Shown here: positions 50,079 through 64,000 of the stretch, piece after piece | Layout: every line of letters begins with the position of its first letter | How positions within the stretch are numbered: the first letter of the stretch is position 1 | NCBI GenBank assembly: GCA_036172245.1 | Contig: JAYWIR010000013.1 | Location: 2,046,001 to 2,110,000 of the forward strand | Direction: 5' to 3' | DNA: 64,000 nt | From: Raillietiella orientalis | Taxonomy: Eukaryota | The notes under the pieces: model-generated | The model's database searches: none | What the model saw: the letters and a program-made list of their open reading frames with translations, nothing else | What the model was told of the DNA's origin: nothing | Position numbers and translations under genes: made by a program

Positions 50079-53000
50079 ATGTTGCGTACCAAAGAAGATG
50101 TTGATAGACATATGGACTCATTACAAAGAACAGTGAAAACCGATATTGAGGTAGGACTTTTCAGTTTTGAAAGAACGGCAATAACTTAAGTTTTATGATT
50201 CCGGGTTTTCTCCTGATGCCAAGAAAAATTCCTAAATAATTCAATATGTACCGAATATGCATAACGTTTTGCATCAAATTATATTTGGTTTTTATCTCAG
50301 AAAATGTATATTTGTATATCATTTTTGTTATGGTTACTGTCATATCTAAGAGTTGCATTTGCAAGTTATAGCCGGTTTACCTCATGGAACATACAAGTTC
50401 CACGTTGTGCGATGTCATTTGATCTGTGCAGTATGCTATTTGTATCTCACTATTTTTTTTTTATAGCACTTAACTTTTATTGTGTATTTTTAGTTCAATT
50501 TAAAGGAGTATTACAATAAATGTTAAAATAAGGATATGACTTTTTTTGTAAATCATCAATGTCAGTAATCTATTTCAGAAGAAGATTCGAGGTTTATATA
50601 TTGCTCGTTTATATTTTCAAGTCAAGGAATTTGAATTAGCTCAACAATATGTTCTGGATTATTTGTCAGTGAAGAGCAATGTGTCTGAGGCATATGTGCT
50701 GCTTGGGGACATATATGTAGAACTGAAAGCATATAATGAGGCGCTAAAAGAGTATGCACGGGCCTATGACTGTGAATCCAATCTTGTTTGTAACAAAAAA
50801 GTCATTCTCAAAGGTAGATTGATTGGTCATTTTTAGAATATTATGATTTTTGTACTTTCTATCATTGAATAATTAAATTTATCAAAAGAATATTGAAGAG
50901 TCAAGATATTGCTTTTCAAGAATACAATATCCAATTCTTTGTAATTGATTATTTTAGTTGATCAATTGTAATTGTTCATCTTTGAAATCGTGTTGCTCTA
51001 GAATTTATACAATTTTTGGGGGGTAATTTTTTACTAATTCTTACACTTTTGGGGGAAATATCTTTTATAAGGTATTATTATTCACGTCGTCGCTTTTAAT
51101 TTTAGTGTGCGAACTTCTTGCAAAACCAGAAATTGATCAGTGTCATATAGAGTTTTGGATGGAGCTGTGTAAAAATTTTTATCCCAATCATAAAGCAGTA
51201 CTGAATTTGACAGAAAGCCTCTTGAGAAAAAATACTACAGCTGATAATATGGAATTGGAAAATGTATTAGTTCGTAAGTCATTTGTCTTTCCTGCATGTG
51301 TTTCTTATGTTGAAGATTTTTTTGTGGAGTGACCAATTATTTGCTTATTTGAATTGTTAAATCTAGTGAAATAATGATTCTGTGAAAACATTGTTTATTC
51401 AACCTCGGTTTGCAATAAAAGTGGGACAAACTCGTGTGTTTCAAAAAATACAGTGAGGCATTCTGTTTTTATTTTAAAAATACAGTTGGAATTCTGGGCA
51501 ATGAAATATGATTGCATGTGGATCTTTAAGATTGAATTTTTTCATTTGATCAAAACTTGGATTATTTGTAGAGTTGCAGCCCTTTATTTTTAATTAATGT
51601 TTCTTTTATAAACCTAACAAGTAATAATAATTAGTTTACAATTAAATTCTTTCTTATGAATTAACATAGTATCTCTTGTGTTAACTTTTAACTCGACTTT
51701 CATTAATATCAAAATATGACTAATTAGATTTTGTTAGGAATGTTGTTAATTTTGGTATACATGCTTCCTGTCCAGAGGAATATTATGACTTGCACGAGAA
51801 ACAGTTTTATTTAACAGATATCCATTGCTTTGTTGTTTTTAGTAACTGATTTAAAGTAAAAAATTTGAATAATGATAAGGAGTTTCCAAAGTGTAATGAC
51901 AATGCCTCCAAAGGGCTATGTAAACAGTTCAAGTGAAAATACTGAATTTAGCATGATAGAGAAGAGTCCAGTATGAGAGAGAAGGAACAGTTGATGTATT
52001 TTTTGAAATGTGATTCTGAGGAGCCACCTATCCAAGCCAGAAAAGCTGTATAAGAACTGACTGAAGTGGCAGAGGGACAAGGAGGGTTACTTAGCAACAT
52101 AGCAATTGAAGCATCTCTTGGTAGTAACAAGACCAGTTTTGTTCAGAGCGAATTTCATTAGAAATCATGTGGAAGCAACCAGAATAGTGAGGATTGAAAC
52201 TAAAACATGTACATTTGAGAATAGTACATATTAAATTAAGTATAATCTGGAACTTGAGTTTTCAGTGGAACACATGTGAATGAAATGTATCTCAAACATG
52301 GAAGGTCAAACAAAAGAGTTGTTTTGCACACCTATATTACATGCAGTAGTCAAGAATGTATTCATGAAGACTCATCTTTTACCGGATTTAATACCGAATT
52401 TTTTTTCCATTCGTTGCTGCTCAATTTTTTGTGTAAATTGTTTTTATTTTTAGTGTTTTTAAAATTTTTTTAAATTCGGTGTTTATTTATTATGCAATGT
52501 TTTCCCAGAAATTGTTCACCAAAGGGTCACAAATCATGCCATTAAATCGATTCAGGAGCAAACATTGCAAAGGGGGTGATGTAAAGTTTCATGAGAAATA
52601 ATGAGGATGTTTTCATTATAATAGGGATTTTTATAGTGGTCATTAAGTGTTATAGCACTTTATGGTGATGAATAGGGATGATTGTAAACTTTTACACGGT
52701 AAGTCACTTACAATGCCATCATTCTAGAAAATAAAGTGATGACAAATAACAGTACAATTCCAGCATTTTGCTTATAAAAGTCCAATGTATGAATGAGTAA
52801 ATTTAGTGTGTAGAAAGCAACAATTTATAGTAATTACTTGTACTTTGTAGTGATAAGTACTTGTGGCCTTTATTACCTTTAATAATGAATCTGTTTTAAC
52901 ATGAATGCAAAAAAAAAGTTGGCAAAAATATAGACAAGCATTGGTTTGGTAAAGAAAATAAAGTACACAGCTAGAGTGAAGTGCTAGCGTTTTATCCCAC

Positions 53001-56000
53001 ATTGGATTCATCAAGACTTGGCAATCATTTTCATACTGAAGTGTAACATAAAAGTAAAGCAGACCTCTGAGTACAGGTGTGAAACAAAATAGGATTTTTG
53101 ATATAATTTTGTGTGTTTGGGATATTGATAAGTTCTTTTGATAATATCACTCATGGTCTTTACAATATGAATTTGAAGTTGTGATGGTAGGAGTAGAAGC
53201 TTGTAAAGATTTGGAATTGATAGCTTTATTTTTGAAAGGAAATAAACTCTCAACTTTTCAAATGATGGATGTAGTAGATTGAAATTCATAGGTTTTATGT
53301 TGTTGAGAAATATTAATCAATAGTCAAGTATAAGTGTGATTTGCTCTTTCCATGTAGTCTTTTATGTGTTAATAGAACTGTAATTTTGTTGATAGGAATA
53401 AAAATATAGTTCAGTGTTCTGTAATTGTATAATCTTTTCAACATTATTAATATTACAAATTGAAATCCCAGTGGTGAATCATACAGTATAATTAAATTCA
53501 TATTTGGCACTTAAATGGATATGTGATTTGGTTAAATATTATGTGAAACTTACAGTGTTAACATAAGATACCAGTAATCAAATATTGGCAACAGGGAAAT
53601 TTGAAAAATGCATCTTGTCTTGGTATTTAAAAGTAGTCTGTTGAATATATTCTTTCTTATGTGAAGCTTACTTAGAATACAAGAGACAGAGATGAGTATT
53701 ATTTGTTGATCCTAGTCACTGATTTCAAAAAAAGGACTCAACCTGCCACAGCAGTATGACATTTTGGCACAACAGAAAACAAACACTGGTATGAGCCATT
53801 TACTTGATAATTAGGTTACTTAGATGTTTCGAATTTCTGTTCCCTAAAATTGCATTACCCTGTAAAGCTTTACTTGACTCATTTGAAGAAATACAAGAAA
53901 ACTTTATAACTTTCTGATTCAGTTGAACATGTGAAACCTTTACCATTTGAGTGGCGAAGTTGAAAGTGTGTGTAGTATTTAATCAAACATATAAATTTTT
54001 CTTTGCAGATTTCTTAGAAGTACGTGGTTATCGATAATTTATGCAGGGAGCAATAATTCAAATTATACTATTGAACCAAATAGATAATTTTGTAATAGAC
54101 AGTAGACAATTTTGTAACTTTCTGATTTGTTTCTATAAAGTTACTATATTTCAGGGCAGTTAGCCATGAATCCACAAAATGTACCACTTCGGGTGAAACT
54201 TCTTGAATTATATAAAGATTGTGGAAAGATTTCAGAAGCTTTCAATCATGCTTATGAAGTTGAATTAAGGACACCTTATACAGATAGTTTGGAATGGTAC
54301 TTGTGTTTATTGAAAATCACTGAAGTATGTACACTTTGAAAGTTGAGCATAGATTAAAATGCTTCATTTCAGAATTACTGTTTAACACCAAAGAGTTCTT
54401 TAATGTGGAAGTTTCAGTTCCTTTATTTGAATACATTGGATCACTTAACAGAACTTACTTTGGAACAGGCAAACAAGGCCTATCTCAAAGGGACTCAGAT
54501 TATACAAGAGGTTTCTCCATATTTGCAAAAGTATGAAATGATGAACTTATAAATAACTAGTGTAGTAGAATGTAAAATTTGCTCATGGGTAGTATCCTAG
54601 TCAAGGGTGTAAACAGCTGGGATTATTGCTTTTTAAGAAATCCATTAGCTGTTGTTTCCCTTTTGTATCAGTGTTTTATTTTTTCTTAGGATGAATGATT
54701 CACTAATTATGATGAGGGAAGCTGCAGATGCACCTGAGTTTTGGGAGGATATTATGGAACACTATTTATGCCAGTTATCGTATTATATGGCCATGGTTCT
54801 TATACAGAAAGTACAAAATGTAAGAATCTTCTGTTTGGAATGAATTAGAATTTAAACGGTGAAGCATAATATGATTTGTACCGATCTTAACTAAGCAAAG
54901 TCGTTATAAAAAGACTAAACGCTACGATAAAAAAATAGGAGCACCTGATTTCCATTAAGTGATTGGTTATATTCGATGATTAATTGGTCTGATTAAAAGG
55001 TTTGTGCAAATACAGTAATTCATGTTCGCTATTTTTTTTTTTTTTTTGCCTCATTTTACTCTTTTAGAAGTCAACTTTGCAGCTGTGATGGTTTATGATT
55101 TAGATAAAGATCCATATTTACTTGTGTAATTTGAACTGTAAGGTGTTGTTGATAGTATGAAATTTATCTAAGACTGCTTCAGTACATAACGAGCTATGTT
55201 AATTGTTAAATTTTTAATTTAATTATCAGTTTTTAATCATCCGTTTACAGTAACAGGGTATATTAACCGTTTTTATTACTAGATTCATTACTGTTTTGTC
55301 AAGTTCTAGTGTCAGTTCTAAATAATTACGAAATGATAACAATTGGAAACATCAAGTTTTACTTTCCTTTAAATTTGGTATCCATGAGCAGTGTATGCAA
55401 GTGGAATTTTATGCACTAAATTGCAAAATGATATTAGTAGATGTTTATTTGATAATTGACTAACCCTCGTAATTTTAGCAAACATTTATTTGGAAAGAAG
55501 TTCATGAAATTGTTTATGCTCTTCTTATGATAGCATGTTCACATGCAACATGCCAGCTCAAGAAAAATAACATATCAAATTCTGTAGCATTCACAGATTC
55601 CGAAAAAGTTCATGTGTCTCATCTGCTTCAGAGAGAAGCATGGAGGCTGTCTCACTGTGGTAAGCTAGGAGAATTATTCTTGTATTTTTTTAAAGAAATC
55701 AATGTTGATCTTAATGGTGGTTATGTTTTTCTATGATCTCCAGGACATATATTGTATAAAGTTGACATAAATCTAGATAAGATCTTCCAAAAATATGCGA
55801 ATGCTGAAGGCTTCAAAAAGATATTTGCTAAAGTGCTCTCTTGCAAACGACCAACATCTTTCTCCTTTTTTCGTGAGAAGCTTAGTACTTTTAAATTTCA
55901 TCATGGGTTACAATTTGAAGAAAACCATTTCTATGATGAAAGTATGCATGCATCTTTGAAGAGTTATTATAATGACTGTTTTCTCTTCAAATTCACTGCA

Positions 56001-59000
56001 GGTGCTTCACAACTGTGCAATGCTGATTTGCATAAGCTACTCTGGATTTGCATCCAATATGTTGAGAAGGAATCATTGCAAGATAATTTTGGAGGAAAAC
56101 CACAAAAGGATTATCCTGTCTGTTTGTTTGGAATTTCTCCTTTGTCATCTAGTTCTTCTGTATCCACTCTTATGGAGACATTTTGTCATCTTGATGTGGA
56201 AGCATTTTTGTTAGCCAGCGGTAAGTAATTATTATTGTACTTTTCTAATGATTTGCTTTCTATAGTGTATTCTTCTCAAAAGCTAGTGGAAAAGAAGAAC
56301 ATACAAATAATGTTGAATGATACCAACTTCTTGCTTCCTGCTTGTTGCATGCATTCTTTATGCAGCCCTGCTCAGCACAAATGGTGGAAAGCTGCATATG
56401 CATTGTGCAAGAATATAGCATCTGATAAGATTGCAGAGTATTATGGTATTTTGCAACATGGTTTGGAAATAATCCGTTGTACTAGAAAGTATGGATTACC
56501 AATAGACGTGCTTGTCAATTTGGGAAGAACGTTTTCAAGAAAGGTAACTTGAAAAATTCTGTATTTGTCTCACAAAGCATAAATTTCAGGCCTTTGGGTT
56601 AGATCTTATAATCGAAATTGATAGCAATGGTAGTGCTGTAAATGAGTATGCTTTGAGAGCAGAAGTGTATTGGAATGCATTTTTACAATCATATGAGAAA
56701 CTTCAACAGGGTGTTATTTTACCTTCATCATCAGATTCACTATTTGCAGATTCAGGGTATAACGGTGATAGCACTGATAGCTAACACAGTTTATTATGAT
56801 AGGAAAGTACCATCAGTTACAACTCTTTCTCAACCTGTAACAGAAGCAAAAATGTTTCTTGGAGTTCTGGAAATGAAAAGAAAAAATTTTGAAAAAGCAA
56901 TCAGTTTTTTTAAACAAGTTCAGGAGCCCTTAGGATCTTATTATGAAGCAATAGTGAGAATTTTAGTGTTCTTTATTCTATAGTTTTTTATTAATGAACT
57001 GATATTGGATTAATATTCGTATGTATGACATGATATTATTAATGTGTGTGCCAGATAATAAAAACATATATTATTTATTTTCTATGATTTTTAAAGTTTT
57101 CTTAAAAACAGGAATTCAAGTTTTATGTAGTGTATACTTCTTCCTGTAACGTTTTTAATGAGTGTGAGTGTCAGCTATAATTTACACTAATTGGATGCAT
57201 TTTATTTGATGATCAGAGTTGGGGAGATTGGCTGGGAGAAAATGATAACTAATCATATGTTAGCACTTACGTCTGAATCTTGTAACAGACTGCAATGCTC
57301 ATTCTTAGTACTGAAATGTTTGCTTACTTAAACTGATGTTCTAGATTTATAGGTATATGGCTTCAACACACACAAGTTCAAAGCAGGAATTACCTTTGTT
57401 GATATCTGCCAAAAATAGTGTTTACAAAACTTTAGACCTCATGGGCAATTCTGGCAACAATGTTTCAAGTCTCATTTTACCAGCATTGCTTCACGAGATC
57501 GAATCAAGAATTAGGAATATAGAAGAAACCACAGGCAAATAAATTCATACTATCTCCTTATGTGTTAAGCATTTAGCAGGAAAGTTTGTGTTGAAATTTT
57601 CAACTTTATTTGGCATTTTAGCTATAAATACGTTGTTTCCTGACTGCAGAGTCATTAATGATCCATTGTTACAGAGCACTCCTCGAAAATTGAGATCATG
57701 TTCAAATAAAATTCCGGTCTATGAGGTAAATGTCAAATTTTCCATGTCTTATGTCATTACAAAAGCATCTTCAAAGATACAACCAAGTCCAGAGAGGTTG
57801 GATGCACAGATGAAGTCCTTGCAGTTTACTCAGGACAGTACTTTGAAATCGATCCTTGATGTACATACAGCACTCCTGACAACAAATCGGGCCCTTGTCC
57901 AAGAACTTTGTCAGAATACTAATGTGATCGAAGCTATGAAAGTATGGTTATTTTAATTTTCGTGTATGCTATGTGTGTTGTTAGATGAAACTGGAAGAAG
58001 TGTGCAGAGAATTGGGTACTTTGAAAATCATATCGGAAAGTACCCTGAAGCAAGTGAGTGTTCAGAAATCAATTAAAAAGTTTAAGTGTGACTTTTGCAT
58101 TTTAGGATATGGCAGCAGATTCTCATGAGCATGACAGTGATATGAAGAAAGAGCATGAGTTTTACAATTACGTCTCAAGTGATGTTTCACCTAGACAGGC
58201 AGTGTCCAATAAACATGACAATCAGGAATTGCCTCTGCAGCCAAGAGGATACCAGTCAGATGTACTTTCCACCAATTTCTTATGCAGTCAGCAAGCTGAA
58301 CTTAATGCTTCTATGTGGTAAAACATGTATTTAAAAGATCGAGTTATCTATAATAATTTCAGCATCACAAGTGTTTCCACAGTTTCATCCCAAACTATCA
58401 GTAGTAGTGTGTATTCACACATTGCAAATGATTCAGAGGCTGAATTGGACAAAAACAAAAGCTCTTTATTTAAAGATGGTGTCCATGTGAGTTTGATAAG
58501 ACATTTGCTCCAAGGTTGCATTTTATTTTCCTTAGAATGCATGTGATTCGCCCAAGGATATGTTTGCAGCTCTGCAGAGACATCCTTCCTTGATTGAGCA
58601 ATCCAATAGTAAGGTTGCACTTAAGTACTCATCCCAATTCTGTAAAGAATACATCTATATTGTGGATGTCGAAAGTTTTTGTGCAGTAGCTTTTTAGTTT
58701 CGTTGTTTGTTGTTGAATTGCCACAAAATATAGGGCATTCACAGAAAAATATTAATCACAGCATCCTTGCTTCCAATGTTTTTAAAGATAGTTTTGAATT
58801 TGCGTTTTCTGCCATTTCAATTGATTGTTTTCAATTTTTATTGTAACTTCGTTCTTCAGTTTGTTAGTTTCTGTTTGTTTTGTCAGTAGATTAGTTTTCC
58901 AAGCCTATAATCGCAGTTGACAATAAATAGACATAGTTGAAGTTTATCTGTTTACAATTAGCCGAATGTTTGAAAAATATTGAAAGATTATCATGAGTAG

Positions 59001-62000
59001 CTAGATGCTATGGCTACTCTGTAGTATTACCAGTTTATCAGGACAAGTATTGCATAAGAAAAAACCTTGTCTTCCTTTTATGAGCATCAACGTGAAGATT
59101 CAATAGAGTTAGAATAATCCTAATGAGATTTATATTGATACTTTGAGAATTTATTTCTAAACTTTATATCTTCAATTTTTTTGTGTGATTGAAAAAAATT
59201 CTAACAAAATATAACAGTAAACCTGTTACTTTATGTTGACCTGAAATATGTACATCATGTTGTGATTAGTATGACTAGCCTTTACGAAACAATGTTGTTT
59301 ATTGCAATTTTCCGTATTTTTTCCCCACTTTATCTTTTTGAAGCCTATTACTAGATCTTTCAAACTGCTATTTGGTCTGATTGCAAGTTATACAATTTCT
59401 TGTAGTGGGTGTGATGAAGCACCCACTACAAGAAATTGTACCAAAATACACTATTGTGCTTTATACTCTATATGATATAAATCTGTTTTCCGAGAAAAAT
59501 AATACTGGTCAGCAACAGATTTGTATATTAAACATCTTGGAGCAAAATGTTTTATTCATTCAGTTAATCATGTTTCAAGTAAATACATTTTTGCTTTTCT
59601 TGTGGTTGGTTGAACGTGTCTAATTGTAATTCGAATGAATGCAACACCGTATTCAAATTTGAATAAATATTTGTATCCCACGTTTCATGTTGAGTGCTCT
59701 CTGTGCATTGATCATGCATCTCAGGTTCCTAGTTATGTTTGTTATTCACCTTTAGATGTCTCAACAGTTCCAACCTGGATGCAGATCTGTGATGGGTCAG
59801 TACATACAAATCGGGACATCTGTAAATTTGATCCTATTGAGCCAGCATTTCCAACACCGTACCTTTCAGCCAATTTGAGTGATGAGGTTAAAAAAGAATT
59901 TAAAAATTAAAGTGTCAGCTAAGTGAGTTCATTTTTAGGTGCTATTTGAAGAAAGCATTGAGCATTTGCTTAATTTCCAACAGCAGTGGAGGAAAGCTGG
60001 TGATGGGACTCTGAAAATCGTGAAAAGGGAAAATGACAAATATTTGCTACTTATTTGCGATAAAGTATAACACAAACTTTGATTATTTACTTATCAACAT
60101 GTATTCCTTAGCTATCTGCAGTTGTAAGTGAACACCAGATCACTGAGAGCATGCAGTTGAAACCAATTTATGGAAAAGAAAATACATTCACTTGGATCAC
60201 ACCAATGTCATTAGATCATACGAAGTTTCATTTGGCACCTGGTGTGCACTTTGCGAACATGGACGTTTCTAATGATTTCATTGCATGCTTTGCTAATGTG
60301 AAATCTTTAATCCAAGAAAAACTGAAACAATCATCAGTCCAAATTAGTAATGTGTCAAAGTCTCCACAAACTTCACAGCCAAGTGTATCTAAAGCAAGTT
60401 TTATATTTCATGCACCACCTATTTTACAACCACCAAAAATGAATGTGCCATCAGTTTCATTGCAAAACAATACCCCTGTGATTAAACAGAGTTCTTTTGC
60501 CAATTTTTCCTTTGCTGTGAGGACTACAGAGTCTACCTCATCTCCCAATAATGCATTTTACCCTTCCATATTTGGTTCAGGTAAAAAGGGGGGAAAAAAA
60601 TTGTATTTAAAGAAGCTGTCATGTTTGTGCTCTAGGTTTACTTTCATCAAAGCCTTCAGAAAATTTGCCTTCCATTCCTGTCACCAAAGCAGATAAAATA
60701 ACTGCTCAACCTTCAGCGCTACAATCCAATTCAGGTAGTAACAATAAATAAAAAAAAGTTGTCTGATTCTTTCAGTGTTTTGTTTTAGTTGATATTGGTA
60801 TATTCGGGTCCGAATCGTTACCATCGTTCTCTAATCTCGCAGCAAAGGCATCAGAGGCACCAGCATTCAAAAGCACTGATTTTAAGGTAGTTATGTGTGT
60901 TAAATTCTTTAAAGGAAGATGATAGTAACCTTAGTCACTTTATGATCATGTGATTTGCCATTTAAAGTTGTGGACACAGTGTCTTTTTGGATATTAGGGA
61001 TGGCAAGCTAGTAATGCTCCCATCTTTGCTTCTCACCATGAAAATAGCAAAGAGATTCAACACCATGACGATTTTGAACCAAATGTGGAATTCCAACCGA
61101 TAGTCCCCTTACCAGCACTAGTGCAAACAGTAACAGGTGTGCGCTGCATTATTTTATTTTTTTTAGCGTATTGAATGAGTTTGCATGTTTTGGTGGACAT
61201 TTGTTTTATTTCATTTGAGATCGATGCACTGGTTTATGAAACCAGTTTTGTGCAAACCTGTTGATCATCATTTATGCAATAACAACACATGGAGTAGGTG
61301 CAGTTGTCAGTTACAACCTTTTGAGGATTTTCTATGTGATTGAATGAAAAAATATGTTGCTTGATAATATGTTACTTGAAATGAAGTCCATGCTGGATTG
61401 AGTGTGTTACAAACAAATTCGAAAATTTTTTTCAAAGATGTTCTTTGAGAGGATATTTTTGTATTGCCTTAAATAATGGGTGAATACTAAAATTGTATTT
61501 TATTGAGATTTATGTTGGCAAGTTATGTGTTGAATATGGTATTTAACTAAAAAGGTTTTCGAACATTCAGTAACAAGCTGTAGGCCACAGTAGCAAAGCC
61601 AATGTGTAGTGAAGAAAGAAGTATTTTGTTTGATTACTGTTAAGAACTTAGTGTATTTTAACTTTCAGGCGAAGAAGATGAAGAAAAAGTTTACTCTCAG
61701 CGGGCAAAACTTTTTAGGTATGATGATACTACAAAACAGTGGAAAGAGAGAGGAATTGGTGATATTAAAATCATGAAAAGTAAGATCGATGGAAAGCCAC
61801 GTCTGATTATGAGGAGAGATTATGTATGTAAATTCACATGTCAATTGTATTTGTCATACGTAAAGTCAGGTTTTCAAAGTTTGTGCTAATCATTTCATCT
61901 TACCTGGAATGGAGCTACAGCCTTCATCTACCTCTGATAAGGCTTGGGTCTGGTTTGCTCAAGACTTTGCAGAAGAAAAACTGTGTGCTGAAAAATTTGC

Positions 62001-64000
62001 TGTCAGATTTAAAACTGTTGAACAGGTTTTATTGCCTTTATTAAATAACATCAATTATGAGTGCTTCATTATTTTATGTACTAATTTAATGCTGCATTCT
62101 AAAGGCTGAGGGTTTCAAAGAGATATTTGAAAAAGTGAGAGATGAGCAAGTGACCAAGGAAGTAAAGGTTTCTCAACTGGTTTCTGGGAGTTTTCAAAAC
62201 GCAGGGAAAGATAAAAATGCAATGCACAGTTCGCTCTCATGCAATGCAAATTCATCCTTAAGTGATGACTCAGATTCAGGAAAAACAAACTCCAAGGTAT
62301 TGGTCATATGATTAATGATACATTTTCCCCTGACATTCATTTGTGAAGAATGTTCCTGATTCAACATCAGTGACAGAAAAACCTGTGAAAGGTTTTGGTG
62401 ACCAGTTCAAAGCAGCAGCAGGTTCATGGTCGTGTCCCAGTTGTTATGTGGTCAATGGTCCAAGTGTGGCTATCTGTGAAGCATGTCAGGAACCAGCACC
62501 TGATATCCAGGTGTTTTAAAATACCATATTTTTTGATTAAAATACGTTATTGCGAATGATGTTAAATATGCTAATGAGACTAATTCGTTAATCTGTGTCA
62601 CCAGGCTAGCAGAGACCAGCATGGTAACAAAAATTCTGAAGGCAAGAGCGACACTGGGATCTTCAGTTTGCGAGGTGCAACTGGTTTTACTGTTCCAACC
62701 ATTTCCAATCAGACAAATTCTGAAGATACTCACAATCAAGGTGATCGTATTTACATGCAAAGTATTTATTGATTTATTTCAAACCTACTGCTTCAGTATT
62801 ATGTTTATAAAAATAGGAGTGCTTTTAAAAACGTGTAGATTGTGATTCATAATGCTCAGGTAGTGAATTTGTTTTTTCCTCCGTGAAAAAGCTCAAATCA
62901 CTTTAGTTTTTGTATACAAATTTTGTCAGATGCAAACTGTTTTTCCAGAAAAAATTTTGAAAACAAGTTTCCGTTCAAAATTCATTTAAAGTCTAGCCAG
63001 CTTTTTGAAATTTCAATGTTTCACAGTGAGATTTCAAGAGTTTCTTTTTGTTATCGCAGTGAATTTCTCAAGTTGTTCTTTTATGTTCCATACATGCCCT
63101 GTAAAGTTTTGATGTTTTAGCTCCAGTTGTAGAGAAATTTGTGTTTGGTTCCAAGGAAAAATTTCAATTCAGCTTCGATGTTTGTCCAGCTCCAAGTCTG
63201 AAGTCTCAGACTCCTGATCAGAAGGAGGATGTCTTCAATGAAGCTGCTGATGGTGGTGTTCGTTTCCAGGTTGGCTTATGTGCTGTTCACAAAAAATTTT
63301 AGTATAGCTGTATAGCCTGGTCTTCCCATTCCACAAAAATTAGATATTAAAACTGGTGAAGAGGGTGCAAGTGCAGTATTGTCTGGACGTGCTAAATTTT
63401 ATCGCTTTGACATGAATGAGTGGAAAGAAAAAGGTGTTGGAGATATGAAAAATTTGCGCCACAGCACCAATATCTGTCCGACTTCAAGTCTGAAGTCTCC
63501 ATCTCCTGATCAAAAGGAAGATGGCTACAATGAAGCTGCTGATGGTGTTCATTTCCAGGTTGGTTTGCATGCTCTTCACAAAAAATTATAGTATAGTTGT
63601 ATAGCCTGTTGTGCCCCTTCCACAAAAAGTAGATATCAGAACTGGTGAAGAGGATGAAAGTGTAGTATTCTGTGAACGTGCTAGACTTTATCGCTATGAC
63701 AACAAAGAATGGAAAGAAAAAGGTGTTGGAGATGTGAAAATTTTGTGCCACAATACCAACAAGAGGAAAAGGTTAAAGAATTATTGCTGATGGTTCTGTT
63801 CCAATTTCAGTCTTACAGAATAATCATGAGAAGAGACCAGGTGCTCAAAATGTGTCTAAATCACTATTTGACTCCAGATTTAAAATTCGGAAAAAAAGAT
63901 GAAAAATCATGGTTATGGGCTGCAGTAGATTTTTCCTCAGAAGAACTTAGTAATGAAACACTAGTGTTACGATTTAGAACGGCTGAGATGGCCCGTGCTT
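50079..64000 (+). CDS. RANBP2: E3 SUMO ligase RanBP2/Nup358 (3' end outside the window)
   Basis: About 32 exons, including 50079-50150 ([11 protein letters not shown]), 50579-50813 (TPR), 51106-51273, 54155-54324, 54373-54530, 54690-54819, 55479-55659, 55744-56220, 56266-56543, 56590-56756, 56803-56953, 57345-57534, 57622-57725, 57777-57941 (PSPERLDAQ). RanBD at 61669-62150 ([56 protein letters not shown]); RanBP2-type zinc finger at 62427-62489 ([21 protein letters not shown]); further RanBD at 63605-64000. Confidence 0.95.
63183..63760 (+). repeat. Intragenic tandem duplication (~290-bp unit: exon end, intron and RanBD N-terminal half) in RanBP2
   Basis: 63183-63470 and 63475-63759 align throughout, including the 46-nt introns (gttgg...aaaaatt.tagtatag.tgtatag). 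Confidence 0.92.

Noticed and set aside
49905..50111. 68-aa minus-strand ORF
   Set aside because: It is antisense to the RanBP2 5'UTR and first exon, with no homology evident.

Overview
Eukaryotic genomic DNA, probably from an arthropod (inferred from the RIM C2B and MED18 sequences), in two compartments. Bases 1 to ~19,200 are GC- and CpG-rich. They hold the 3' part of a RIM/unc-10 presynaptic gene, with an apparent pair of mutually exclusive exons and a 36-nt microexon, plus an intronic histone H3 pseudogene with an internal foldback. They also hold a dense cluster of decayed L1/Tx1-clade retrotransposon copies that share a pseudoknot-capable 3'UTR motif; two of these copies form a ~405-bp near-identical inverted pair. 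From ~26,300 onward the DNA is AT-rich and CpG-poor and carries compact housekeeping genes with very short introns: SOSS-B/NABP (+) and MED18 (-), whose stop codons are only 2 bp apart; TMCC/Dementin (+); Rab32/38 (+); and RanBP2/Nup358 (+, running off the window end, with an in-frame internal tandem duplication). A small mosaic of bacterial, Wolbachia-like gene fragments lies just downstream of TMCC. Mariner, RTE, Penelope-like, gypsy and SINE relics fill the intergenic and intronic space. All family assignments come from recalled motifs and hand translation; no database search was run. Most long ORFs in the GC-rich half are spurious.
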